64,000 bases of DNA from Anthoceros angustus (Eukaryota; Plantae; Anthocerotophyta). Location of the stretch: contig MU008154.1 of assembly GCA_010909165.1 (NCBI GenBank), positions 1,043,478-1,107,477 of the forward strand, written 5' to 3'. The notes under the pieces were generated by a model. The model had not been told where the DNA came from. It worked only from the letters and a program-made list of their open reading frames with translations, and searched no databases. Shown here one piece after another: positions 35,650 through 48,116 of this stretch (position 1 is its first letter; each line of letters starts with the position of its first letter). A program made the position numbers and the translations under genes.

Positions 35650-38450
35650 ACGCTTCCTCCTTCGCCTCCCTCCACCCCGCGTGGAGGCACGCTAATGCCA
35701 CCCCTCTCTTCTCTCATCATCGATGTAGAATACATCGGGTCACTTGATTTGGCCATATGAATGGGGTATCGACATCATCTCGCCTGATACGCATAATAGC
35801 GCCTAGTGAACACGCGGTGGAAACTGTGATCGCTTTCTATCAACGAAGGAGACCGCTGCGGATTGCACTCGAACCACTTCACCTTCGTGATGAGTGTTCT
35901 TCAAAACGAGACCCGCAGGATTTCTTGGACATGGCCATAGTAAGTCCTCCTTCGCCCCATGACGACGGGTGAACACACCGCCGCCCCTGTGTCACTTTCG
36001 ACTCTTCGCGGCGATCGTCCGAAGGTGGCTTCCTTGCATGCCATGTGCTGCCGTGGCCCAAAGGGACGGCCGTCCATAATCGCAGCCACATCGTCGGTGA
36101 GATGGATCAATCTTCCCACCTCCGAATCCGCATGGATCCATGCACGAAAAGATGGCTCCGTCGTTACTCCTTGTTCCACTTCCTCCTTGTACCGCCGCAA
36201 GAATGGGTCTAAGATTTGGATGTGGACCAAGATGAAAGTGTGGACTGGTGCAACTCGCGTCAGAACTTGTATGCCCCATGCCTAATGCCTTTCTGTCGCA
36301 TTCTTCATGAACTTATCGCTCCAAATATGGGAGGACTGAGGATAGTGTTCACTAAGGTACGACTTAGCATACAAAGAAAGATTCCTCCTCACATATCCCT
36401 CCGCCATACCGCTTCGGGTTTGCTACTGTCTAATAGTGTCCTTCCCGCTCCCCAAATACCTCTCCACAGGATACATCCAGACACTTATCGGGCCCAATGC
36501 CGCAACATCATCCACCAAGTGAATAATGAGATGCGAATATCAAACAAGTTGGGTGGAAATTCTCTGACACATGACCCGATGCACTCTTGTTGCATTCTCC
36601 CAACCTCATGCCCGAATCCGGCGTTGGCATATCCATGATATAGTTTCTTGAGGCGTCACGCTTTGTATAATCGAGGGCTTGATTCGTCCCGTAAGACAAT
36701 AGGGAAATAAATCTCCATGACAACATGCCAATCATGAGCTTTGAGGTTTCCGGTTGCGACGCCGCTTTGCAGCGATGTTTGATGCGTATCCGGTAACCGT
36801 ATGGCTGCATCTCCGAAAACCATATCCAAGTCCGCTTGGATAAGACATACGAGCAAGAAGGTCTCCTATTCTAGCAATGGCCATAGCTCATGCTTGCCCC
36901 GTATTCTTCCATGTCTAAACGGGATCGTAGATCATCTTTCTCTCCTATCAAGGTCCGCCACAAAGCCTCGCATTGTTCTTCTCAATGTGCATAACATCCC
37001 TTTGTGTCCACCTCAAGATGTGTCTCCAATACGGCAGTAATCAAACCATAAGCTTTTGCGGGTGCCAAACTTGCCTCTCTCCCTCAACTCCTGACCTGCA
37101 TTATCTCTCTTTCCATGTCCGCCATTAGCGCGTCAAACGAGGGGATTGGGACGAGGCCGCCCACTTCATTGTTGTACCGGTCCATGTCTACCCGCATGGG
37201 ATGATTGGGCAAGCCACCGCCGAGCCAAGGTACTCCTCCTTCTCGCACGTGGCCCAGCGAGAGTCTAAGCCATCCCAACATTCCGCACATGCCCTTGAAC
37301 CCTTCACCAAAGCCGGAGTGTGCCAATGCCGGATAATCGCCTATGGTGTGCAAAAGCCGTCAACGTGAAGCGCTGGCTGTCCGGAAAGAGAAGTCGCCCA
37401 TGGGTATCCCATGCCAGTGTCTCTCAACTCCTCCAAAAGAGGTTCCATGTAAACATCAAAGTTCGACAATGTGAGGGCCCGCACAATAAGCGGCATGATG
37501 GTATAAGCGGATTTCGTGCTTAGCCATGGTGGAAGGTTGTGTAAGAATAGCATAACATATATAGATGTAGTTGTGGACTTGTGTCCAAATGGGTTAAACC
37601 CGTCGTTGCAAGAGCGAGACGGATGTTTCGGGTTCCGAGCCAAAGCCATCCAATCCATCTAAAACCTCCCATGCCGTGTCGGCCATTATGCCCATGGACC
37701 CATCTGCTCTGCAGATCCATGTACTGTCATTAGCCTTGCTGCCGGTGCTCTAAACATGCGGGCCAATCCTTCCGGAAAGTGCCATGAACTTTCTCGGAGC
37801 TCTCCTAGCGCTGCTTGGCCCACGCCTCGATATCTGTCTGCAGCATTTAATGCATTCGGTCCGTGATAGGGGCTCAAACAAGATGCGCATTTACACAGCA
37901 TGAATTTTCTTGAAGTGCGGCCCAAGGAGTACAATGTCTTTTAGCCTCCGTCATCGACTTGGGCAGAATTCCTCTCAAACAAATGCAAAACAACGCAATA
38001 AATCGACATCGCGACGCCGTGTATGCCATAACGAGTTTGAATGGAAAGCAAGAGGGTTGCGTTAAGCGGGACTCTTCGAGGTGCAAGGTTGCGATGGTGA
38101 ACAAGGGCATTTCGCAAAGATCCGCATATGCTCTCTCCTTGCCGTACGTAACACCAGCAGCGCCAACCATCATCCAAGTCCACGTAATCTCCTCCGTCGG
38201 CATGAAGGTCCGCAGCGCGCGGTCCGCAGCGTCCCGCATCGCTGTCCTAGCGTCCGTCATCAAGGTCCGCAGCATGTCCTCTCTTTCACAACCATACACC
38301 AACCGCACCGCTGATCCGTGGTGGTCGGGGGTTCACCCGCTCGCATTTGCGCGGATGTGACGGCGGCCAGCACCGCCGGAATATCGGCTGGCCCCATAGC
38401 AGTGGAAGGCGGGTGGCCATTGCCAACTTCATGAGAATGGGCATCGGCTG
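35650..38450 (-). pseudogene. CACTA TnpD transposase (Transposase_21, DUF4218, DUF4216), frameshifted
   Basis: RNIRLALAT/DGFNPFG...NLPPW...DVYMEPLLEEL; TIGDYPA; LKAHDWHV; HLVDDVAALGPISVWMYPVERYL; TYYGHVQEIL; DTPFIWPNQV. Confidence 0.9.
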
Positions 38451-41071
38451 CGAACTCAATGCGGCATGAGGGGGTCAGCATCATCGCATCCACGAAAGAG
38501 CTGTAAAAACATCAAGTACACACCTCGCGAACCAAGACCGGATTGTTTGTCGGCAAAGGCCGAGCGAAATGTGCGCCGGAATTTTAATGGTGCTTCGCAC
38601 AACTCGGGCATGGATGCATATGCGCTAGAACTCCGGATCCGAGCGCCGGACCATTGTGCCGCGAGGATTGACAAGGAGGCGTGCTTCTTTTCCGTGTCGC
38701 GAGGAAGGCGAGGTGAGAATGAAGTGGCGATGGTGAGTATTTGTCGCCGATGGCGAGAGGGCGCCGCCAGAACTCTCCAACGGCAAGCAAGTGCTTTATG
38801 GCGAAAACTCATGCCCGTCGAAATGTGCGTACTAAATGTGCTTCCGCTACCCAAGAGGCGCAGATAACCACCATCCCGCAGGAAGCGATATCCGACTGCC
38901 CTCCGGTAAGTGTGTTCCACCGCAGCTGCTTTCTTCCATATGCCGATAGGGAAGAGGCGGTGGTGGTCACGAATCCAAGCAGCTTTTTCTCCCAGATTGC
39001 GCCCGCATGTCGCTACCGCTGCGCCATGGAAGAAACACCGAGACAGAGGCTTACTTCCACCGGACATGTCCACCCCATTACTACACACAAGATGGAGCAT
39101 GGTGTCCTTAGCAATGGCGACCCGCCAATAGAATACCGCTTAGTACCGGGAGGAGGCGATGGAGGCAGCGGAGCGTCAAGGAACGGATTATGACACCGAT
39201 AGAACGCCAGCCCCGTGACCCAACGGAGCAAGGGGATGAAGTGCCCCTCCGATTTGGAGCGCGACCTCGGGCCCGTGGAAGGTGAGGAGAAGGTGTATGT
39301 CCGGGCCTACCGATTTGGGACAAGAAGACACCGCTCGTGGTGGGAAGCGGAGATGGCAAGTGGTGGTCCAGTCATGGAGGCATCGGGTTGCAAATGCATC
39401 ATCGCTTTTTTGCAGCAAGGGCAAGCTTGGAAGACGATGGTCCGCTGTTGCCGCCATCCGAGATGGTGGGGAAAGGCGGATGTGGGCGATGCTCGGAAAG
39501 GTTGGGTGTGGGCTGAGCGAAGAGCTCGCTATATTCGTGCCGGCCCAATCGAGGCAGCATGGCGGGACAATATCATTGTCCCGAGGTTTGAGACTCCAAG
39601 GGAGAGAATGTATTGCGATGCGATGGTAGGCCAACAAGTTTGACGTTCTGTAGTGAAGGTGGCCCAATTTGGTGAAAATATGTCGACACCAAACAAGGCA
39701 CAATGGATTTGTGGAACTTGGACATCTTTGCAAGAAGAGGCTCAATATCACAAGTGGAGGTCCAAGATATCTATGTGGGAAAGGGGCCCTCAATGGGATG
39801 AGCTGCAGACCGCCCGGACAGGCCGTATGCCTTATGATCCATGCTCACATCCCCTTCGAAAGATGGTATAGTGACGCTTATGAAGCAACAAGTGGATGCA
39901 AACTTCCACGTGTTTCGCACTTTCGCTCACTTACAACAGTGGTGGAGCGGTTTGCCGCTATGATTTCATGTGCAATGACGGCGGGCATTTCCAGCTTCTA
40001 GAGGCGCAGAAATGATAGTCGAAGCGCATACACCTTGGCTGGAGGGATAGTATGGGCTCACCGGTCGATCGATGCGCACTTCAAATAAAGTGTCTTTCCG
40101 ATCCCGTGAACGTGGAGGTTTTTGAAGGCGAGTTTCTTGGGCATGCTCATGTCGAAACTTGGCGTATGCACCGCCTGACGCTTAGGGAATGTCATGTTCC
40201 ATGATACCGATTGTGCATGTGTGTTTTGCAAGAGGCAATTCATTCGAGCGCCCACTAGCTATCAACCATCGCGACGTTGTTTGTCGTGTGGAGATCCCAA
40301 GTGTTCATCGATGTTGCGGTGTTTGTAGGATCGACCCTCTCCACCAGGCCATTGCCGGAGTCCCAAATTTCAAGGCCCCGCCTGAAATCCCCGAGGGACA
40401 CAGGATGAAAACCATCCGACACGAGCTTAATTGTGACTTCACAAAGGTAATGCAAAAATCGCATCCCAAGACGCGGTCGATCCACCCACGCTTGCGCCAA
40501 GGCCCGCGTAGTCGCATTGAGTCACGCGTCCACGCCTCTTCGCACACCGCCACAAATCGCTTTGCCCACCGCTTGGAAGTACCCACAACTCACCCTAGCA
40601 TGGGCATTCACCGACATACCGACTTACATGACGTGGCTGACGGCCGTGACTGGCGCCTTTATGGCCATCGCCCATTTCCTCCATGGCACACGGCCATGTA
40701 CGTACGCCCTATACAGACGTATGGAATGGTAGAGGGGCGGACACGACGGACGCCATCGATGTGAGCCACGACTTAAAAACGCTGCATAAGCGGGAGCGGA
40801 ACTCCTGCCTCGACACCGGGCGCATCGTGTGGAGCCCGCGACTTCAGCGCACTTTTAAACCGAGACGAACTCGAATTGTATTATAAGGGCATGAAGACGG
40901 GAGGGCGGGTAATAGGAACACAATGCACCCGCGAAGGGAATAGTGTTACAAGGTGTAATAAATGCAGTTTGTATGCAAAGCCTGCACTAAGCAAGAAATG
41001 TAACGTTTCTAGAGGGTCAGACAAGAATCGTGTCACAAACCCGTAACATGGGCACCATGTTTCTAGTAGTG

Positions 41072-42300
41072 AGGATGTTATTCATAACTTCTGAAGGAGT
41101 ATTGCCGAAAGTGTTATATTTGCAATTGGACAACACTGCGAGAGAACAAGAATCAAGCTACTGTTTTGCATATCTCAACATGCTCGTGGACATGGGGACG
41201 TTTGAAAAGGTGAAAGTGGGGTTTTGTTGGTGGGGCATCGCATGATCAAATCGACCAAATGTTTTCATGCTTTTCAAAAGCTTAAAACACAAGGAAGCTC
41301 ACACTCTTCCCCATCGAGATTTTGATTAGTGCGTACACTCCACGGCCGAGGTGAAGATATTGACAAGTTCGGACTTCCGGTCATATGTTTGGCCCATAAG
41401 GCAAGGGAAGGTGGACACGCATACAAGGCGGTCAAAAATTAAACAACCTCTCTTTCCGGCCAATTCAAAATTACGAGAGAAGCCAAAGGTGACCGTGGGT
41501 TTGTAAGCATCGCCAAGCGTATTCCACATCAGCCTATTGGGAGGCAGAGGCCGGGTTGGAGTTTTTGACATTCGTGCCGTTGGACACATAACGGGCCTTT
41601 AACCGCCCTCGGTCAAGGGATAGAAAAGGAAAGTTGGCGGACTTATCACCTACGGATGGTGTGGCTCATTTGAAGGAAGGTCTTTTGGCCCTTAGGCCTT
41701 ATGTGACATCGGAGGAATACAAATGGTGGGAAGCTTTCGGGTGGACCAACAAGAGATTCTTTATTATTGTTCAAAACAACATTGGGCTCGTCCTCCAAAG
41801 ATCCTTGGAAGTGGTATTCGAGGTCCAGTAGAAATAACCAACCTCTGCGACTTGATGATGAAGCTTTATTACGAGGCGTTGTTGAGGACCTTCCACAACG
41901 AGATATGTATTTGGGACGATACCAAAACTTGGAAAGACAACGGGAGGGAATGACACGTTTGAATGGTGATGTGTTGAAATAAATAAGGGCATGTTCATTG
42001 CGTTCCAGCCGGCGAGGACACGCTGTGAGACCATTTTGGATTGGGAAGGTGATTGACGGTTTGTTTGATGACCTCACTTACTTGTTCACAGCGAGCATGC
42101 GTTTGAGGGTAGGTACGTTGAAGAATACATAATTGGGGATGCGGCAAGCAACAAACCGGGAAAAGGGGTCGAAGGGTTGAACCTAAAAATATTCGAAGTT
42201 ATGTATACAAAACCGTCATCTTGTATTATGGTTTCACCTTGAATTCTCGGAAACATCATGCGGTAGACAAGAAGGCAATCAAGGACAAAATGAATTGCGG
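41072..42300 (+). mobile_element. Sola-like transposase, C-terminal half
   Basis: GVLPKVLYLQLDNTARE (LQLDN at 41120-41134), GFxxxGH-HDQIDQMFS (about 41233-41265), and later RPFWIGKVI. Starts immediately after the right CACTA TIR. Confidence 0.85.
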
Positions 42301-42797
42301 GCTTCATACAACCAGCAAGTCAAAGTGGCAGAGGAGTGAAGATGTGGCGGTGATGATGCCGAACCTAACGAAGATGACGGCGTCAATTTAGAAGGAGAGT
42401 AGATTGCACCGAATGTTAAAAGTGCGCATAGGTATCCTCATTTTATTTGAGAAGGGAAACCGTGCAAGACACATTCGATCGTTCATTGTAGCCCATTCTC
42501 CTTGGGGAAAGTTTGAAACGACTGTACATTCTACAAGATGTTAGCCGATGGAAACTCCACGCTCCAATCTTGAGCGGTTTTAGTCCTAAAGCACTAGCGA
42601 TTCGAGACACCCTTTTGCGCAATTTGCACATTTAGAGCATGTGCACATTTAGGGCTTACGATGCGTCACTAATAATGCATCCATACCCGGCACTTTCATT
42701 TTTGATCACGGCTAGTCACATGACTATACATAGCATCTGTCGATGGTTGGTGACACACACATCTGACCCTCTTGTCTCAAAAATCGATTCCTCCAAC

Positions 42798-43394
42798 CTA
42801 CCAAGGGATAGGAGATGACATATCACTTTCGGGATTGTGGGAGGCGGTGCGGGGCGCGGCGCCACCCTCGATTTCCATGAATTCCATGTCATGCAGAAGG
42901 ATTCTATGACCCATACCACCACCACCCGCATGGAAGCGTTCTCTGGGGGGAAACTTGAAATATGAGAGTTCGACATTGGTTGGACCATGTTTTCCCGATT
43001 GTTTGTGGGGGCATCGTCAAATGTACTCATCTTCACAGATCATGGTGCTCCATTTTGGGGCGTAAATGGGCTCTAAGTCGGCATAGGTGTAAACTACAAC
43101 CATTGCTCCACATGTCACGGCAAGCTCCATGCAGTGTTGGTGTTCACCCCTTCTTCGATCATCTTTTCCAAAGCGGTGAACAAGGGATTCAACACCCATC
43201 CAAAACCCCTTCGCAAATAAAAGGCGGAAAACCCTCATGTCAATAATCACCCCTTCACTAAATAGCATGTTAACCTTCTTCACACTCACCGTAATACGAG
43301 CCGATTTTGCTCTTTCGCTTCCAAGAATCTTTGTGCAAGCAGTATAGCGATTGCCGATGCAAGAAAGAGGCAGTGCGCTTGTGAACATGGTCAT
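42798..43394 (-). other. Unassigned decayed ORF of about 200 codons with one internal TGA
   Basis: Track ORF 43017-43394 continues in frame past a TGA to a TAG at 42798-42800. No family recognised. Confidence 0.25.
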
Positions 43395-43651
43395 CCTCCA
43401 TCTTCACTCGCGCCCTCGCGAGGTCGTGGTGTCGCACGCACGAAGCCGGTAACCATGGACGGGCTATGAGCCACCTTTTTCAGGAAGCTGCAATATCATG
43501 CAATGAGAAACATCATGGTGGAAACTGCCATGAGAAGCATGCTGGCATGAGAAACATCATGGTGGAAACTGGAAAGTGAACGGTCTCCTCGAGAAACTTA
43601 AGTTGCAAACTGACCGCAAAATATTCGGGCTTCATGGAAAGCAGCCCTAAG

Positions 43652-44280
43652 AGTAACACCCTCTTTTCGCCGAGGTTAAGTGGGTCATGATTAGCGACAA
43701 AACATCACCGAGACACCAAAGACTAGGCCTCCAAGTAGCGCCGTCCTTCCACGGACGACTAAGACATCCGGCCATCCGCTATTTATTCCAACAAGAGTCA
43801 ACAAGAATACATGAGAGATCGAGAGCTCCCCATCTTTGCCTAAGCTAGGAGCTTAGCTCTCTCCCTCGATCTCCTCCTCATGACTCTCCTCTGTACGCTC
43901 ACACTCTAGGCTCCCAAGGCCTCTAGGCACCAAAGTTCTATCCTCACAAGAGTGTAGCTCCCAAGTGCTAGGATCCTTCTAGACATGCTCACACTCAAGG
44001 CTCCCAAGGCCTTTAGACTCCAAAGTCCTATCCTCCAGAGTGTAGCTCCCCATGCTAGGATCACAAGATATATCTCTAGGGCTAGCCTCATCTCCTTTTT
44101 ATGGGGAGGCTTACATCATTTCCAAAGTAACTGCTTAAAGCAGACTTTCTTCCTTAAGCCCTAAGCTAAGTCTTACCACCACTACTTACAACTTACTAAT
44201 TAGATCCAGGGCTGCATGCTTCTCATGCAAGGCTTGTTACTCTAAGTCTTGTTTTGCTGTCTTGACGTAAACTTATAACA
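43652..44280. mobile_element. LTR-like relic containing an internal 90-bp tandem duplication (43897-44062)
   Basis: Bounded by (A)GTAACACCC and CTTATAACA. No TSD, PBS or PPT found. Confidence 0.4.
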
Positions 44281-44350
44281 ATCTGAAAATTGTAAAGAAG
44301 TTTTGTCCTAACCACTCTACAGTACGTACACACGTTGCACATCTGCTCCG

Positions 44351-45652
44351 TCAAGCTATCTGAAGAGAATGCCTACGAGGGTATCTGACAGTGTGCCGTC
44401 TTAGCCAGAGCTCGAACATCACCATATGGAAGGCATCGTATTGGACAGGATAATCGTTCCAGGTGAGATGGTGGCTCAGTTGCATACCCAGTTCCTGCAT
44501 CCTCTTGTAGTCAGTCTCTGGTACCCCTGCCAGCATGCTTCTCAGCCTGCCAGCGTCCTCAAGCTGGACGAGAAGAGCAACCTGATGCCAGTTTATGATG
44601 TCCTGAAATGGCATGTAATGGAAGGAGTGCCTGGACATGAGAACAGGAACACAACCCAGCTGTAGCGTGTCGGCCATGTTCCACATGTCCTGCTTCTCGA
44701 AGCTCAAGCAGAACTTGCTGTTGGACATGGCTCTCCATGCTGATGGGCTGCTTGCAGAAACGGACACAAACTCGGGATCCTCCTTCCATGAACCAAATGC
44801 GGCAGCTAGAGCAGGGTCAGAGTCGATGTTGCCTGCGAAGAGGAGATGCTTCCGCTCGGCCGTCGTAATGTTTTCCAAGCTGAGGCCTTCTTGTCCATGT
44901 TGGGGCCATGTGACGGGGCTCGGCATGGTGAAATCTTTGTGAGGGTACAGCTCTGCAGTTTCTCCAGGATGGCAGGCGATGCGGATGGAATTCTTGTGCA
45001 GTTCCAACGCTGTTCTGCTGGTGACCTCGCGGAAGTCGTGACAAGAGATGATCATGTGGTCTGCTCCCAGTGTCCTCTGCCAGTAGGGATTGGCGTCTCG
45101 GAGTTGATCGACGTAGCCCTTGAAGTACTGTGACACTTTGGAAGGCCCCCGGTCCGGCGACTCCCGGATGCGTCTTGCTGAGATGGGGACCAGGAAGAGG
45201 TCCGCTTTCTCAGGGTCGTGTGTGACGAACGTGCTGGACAAGAGATGCTTGAAGAAGATGTCCTCCGCGTTGTGATCTGTTGGGGAATTGGCAAACAAGG
45301 TGAAGCCGTGATATTTGCTATCCGGAGGTGGATCAGGGTAGATGAAGATCTTTAGCATGGACAGCATCCTACTGTAGCTCAAGAAAAAGGAATCGGGGGA
45401 GTGATAGAGACTAGGCTTCCCCGTCTCAGCACCTAGCAGCCTTAGACTGATACTGGCACCAGGATTCGCAGAAACAGTAGAAAGATAGCAACTGTTGCTC
45501 AATTCATCATTTTCGGAGCAGGAATGCAGCATTCCCCTTCCAGCAACCCCTAGTATTGAGCACAACCAGACCAACACTAATACAAGAAGTGACATCTTGC
45601 CATTGCCATAGCGACTGACATGTGCTGCACACAGTTGCGGACTCTTGCCCAT
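44351..45652 (-). CDS. Exostosin family glycosyltransferase (GT47), intronless
   Basis: N-terminal membrane anchor; LKIFIY; FVTHDPEKADLFLVP; GADHMIISCHD; SKFCL; GCVPV; MPFQDIINW. Intact ORF with probable ATG at 45652. Confidence 0.92.
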   Translation of the reverse strand: MGKSPQLCAAHVSRYGNGKMSLLVLVLVWLCSILGVAGRGMLHSCSENDELSNSCYLSTVSANPGASISLRLLGAETGKPSLYHSPDSFFLSYSRMLSMLKIFIYPDPPPDSKYHGFTLFANSPTDHNAEDIFFKHLLSSTFVTHDPEKADLFLVPISARRIRESPDRGPSKVSQYFKGYVDQLRDANPYWQRTLGADHMIISCHDFREVTSRTALELHKNSIRIACHPGETAELYPHKDFTMPSPVTWPQHGQEGLSLENITTAERKHLLFAGNIDSDPALAAAFGSWKEDPEFVSVSASSPSAWRAMSNSKFCLSFEKQDMWNMADTLQLGCVPVLMSRHSFHYMPFQDIINWHQVALLVQLEDAGRLRSMLAGVPETDYKRMQELGMQLSHHLTWNDYPVQYDAFHMVMFELWLRRHTVRYPRRHSLQIA

Positions 45653-45802
45653 TGTGTGAGCCTTCTGATGGACAAGGCAACTGCGCAGATTTAAAGAAAC
45701 ACGGCACAATTGGCGGCACAGATGTGGCTCTCGGGCCAGGCCACCCCCGTCAAGTGAGAGTGGCCAAAGCGATGAAAGCCTTGGTCCTTTCTAGTGTGGT
45801 CA

Positions 45803-48116
45803 CTAAGAAGCTGACGTATTCTTTGTCATGCTTGTCTCTTTGTGAGTGCTTGCTTCCACACGAGATGTCTTCGTGTCCGGCTGTGAGGTGGTTTTAGAAA
45901 CCTGGATCTTGTGTGATTGTGGTGCGTTTTCGGCAGCGGTCGCCTTGTACTTGTACCACCAGGCGGACCCAAGGAAGGCAAGCAAGTTGAAGACGCTCAT
46001 GACCGTGAGAATCCAGTAGAAGTTGTAGAGCTTTCCCTTGTTGAAATTGCCTTCAAGCCAGCCAGGGTGAGAGTGAGATCTGGTGCACCCGTTCACTGTT
46101 TCTACCAGGAAGGTGCTTGTGAAGAAGCCGATGGAGATGGTACTGAGGCACAACCCAGTGGCCATGCTTCGCATTGGAGGAGGCGCCTCGTTGTAGAAGA
46201 AATCCAGCTGGCCTACGTAGGTGAATGCCTCGCTAGCACCCACGAGAAAGTATTGGGGAAGGAGCCAGAGGACACTCATGGGGATGGCAGGGCCGGGGAC
46301 AGACCGTGCTTTGTGGACTCTCTTTGTTTCCACCAAGGCTGCAGCTACCATAGCAAGGGCAGAGATAACTAGGCCAATCCCCATGCGCTGAAGACTGGTG
46401 ATGCCCTTGTCCAACCCCGTGAACTGCCTTGTCACGGGGACGAATGCCCTATCGTAGAGTATCACAGTGAGCATCACACCGACTTGGAGGAAGACTCCCA
46501 GGGAGGCAGGTGGGATGATGAAGCTGGACCCCAGCTTTCTGTGTAAAGTCTGCCCCTGCTCGACTGAGAAGGTGAGCATCTGAGCATAGACTGTATAACA
46601 CATGCTTGTTGTGCACCAGATGGGGAGCATCCTCAGAACCTGTTTCACTTCTTCGACTTGTGTTACTGTGCAAATTTTCCATGGACTGATGGGGCTGTCT
46701 TCCTCTTGCGAGATGGTTTTCAATGGTATTGCAGCTTTGTCTAGCCATCTGGTGGGCAAGAAACAGGCTCAGCATTGTGAGGTATGAAACATGAAAGCCG
46801 CAAATGAAGACAGATGTGACTCACCGAAATTGCTCTGTGTGCGGCACTCTGCTAAAGGAACCTTTGTGTGCGACTTCTTCGTCCAATACTTCATGCAGCA
46901 TGGCTGGATCTGGGGGAAGTAGAAGTCTGTAGTTTCTAACAGCAGCCACAAGGACCTGTGCTATTACGGTCAGCGGGCTCCCTCGAACTATCTGGAACCT
47001 GTACAAAGATACCCCTCCCCACAAGGCAGACATTGCTATCAGCATGGTTGCTGCAGAAAATCCGAATCCCCATGCCCTGCCCATTTCAACCTGGTCGCAA
47101 ACCGGAAGATGACGTCAGTTGCCAAGTTCACAGTGTGACACAGAATCAGTCAAGCAGTACCTCTAGCATGGCCCAATTCTTGCCTGAATGTAGACGAAAA
47201 TTGTGGCTGCCATCAAGGCTCCAACAGAGATGAAGAAGAAGAACCAGTTGAAGAAGTGAGCTTTCTCCTGCTTCTCTCGAGGGATACCATCATCAAATTG
47301 GTCTGCTCCGAAGCTTGACACGCATGATTTGATTCCGCCATTGCCCAAGGCTATGAGATACAGCCCGATGTAGAGAGACGATAGCACAAGTCCATGTGCT
47401 TCATGACAAGGGAGTTGTGTGCATTTAGGGGGTTTGAGCATCGGTAACGACGCTGAAAGAGTGAGCATCACCATCCCCTGCAAGCATCTCCTGAAGGCGA
47501 TCAGCACAAGGCACCGGGCTTGGAACAGACAATCAAGCTTTGAACTCCGTCCGAGCAAAAGGAGGTGTCCCTCACCAGAAACTGGATTGCTGCTGCTGCA
47601 GCGATCGTCCTGAACCTGCCCAAGTACGCATCTGCAACGAAACCTCCCAGCAGACACAAAACGTATGACGTGCCCAGGAAATTTGTGACAATATTGGATG
47701 CCTTCGCAATTGGTAGATGCATGTGTCCGACCAGATACGTCACCAGATTCAACGAAATTGCAATAGTGGATAGCCTCTCACACATCTCAGCTCCTGCGAG
47801 ACGAAGGAAAACTTAGAAGCTTACAGAATTGTACATGTTGAGCCTGGAATCGTGGCGAGTACCCACCAAGAATCAGGGGAGCAGCCCTCCAGCCACCGGT
47901 CTTGACAACGCTTGCCGGTTTTCCCCTGTAATTGACGAATCCATCTGTTGTATACACGGGGGGTACCCCGCAATCCAGACTTTTGACATTGCAAGCTGCT
48001 GGGGGATCCTTTCTCTACAGCAAACCATACTTCAGCGAAATAAAGGACGTGAAGGGTAGGCATAGAGTCATCCACGAATTCAGAAGATGGTGGGTGTTTA
48101 CCCATGGAGAAGACAT
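45803..48116 (-). CDS. NPF6: NPF (NRT1/PTR) transporter, NPF6/NRT1.1-like, 6 exons
   Basis: Exons 48116-48102, 48014-47867, 47793-47576, 47477-47184, 47090-46825, 46748-45803 total 1887 nt in frame. GGWRAAPLILGAEMCER (ExxER), TNFLGTSYVLCLLGGFVADAYLGRF. Intron 47183-47091 is GC-AG. The first micro-exon is inferred. Confidence 0.88.

Larger units (their letters stand above)
30645..41071 (-). mobile_element. CACTA (En/Spm) DNA transposon, 10.4 kb, 31-bp TIRs
   Basis: Left TIR CACTACAAGAAACATGGTGTCCATGTTATGG (from 30645). Right TIR, reverse-complemented, CACTACTAGAAACATGGTGCCCATGTTACGG (41041-41071), 3 mismatches. The 3-bp TSD is not preserved (GTG vs AGG). Confidence 0.92.
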
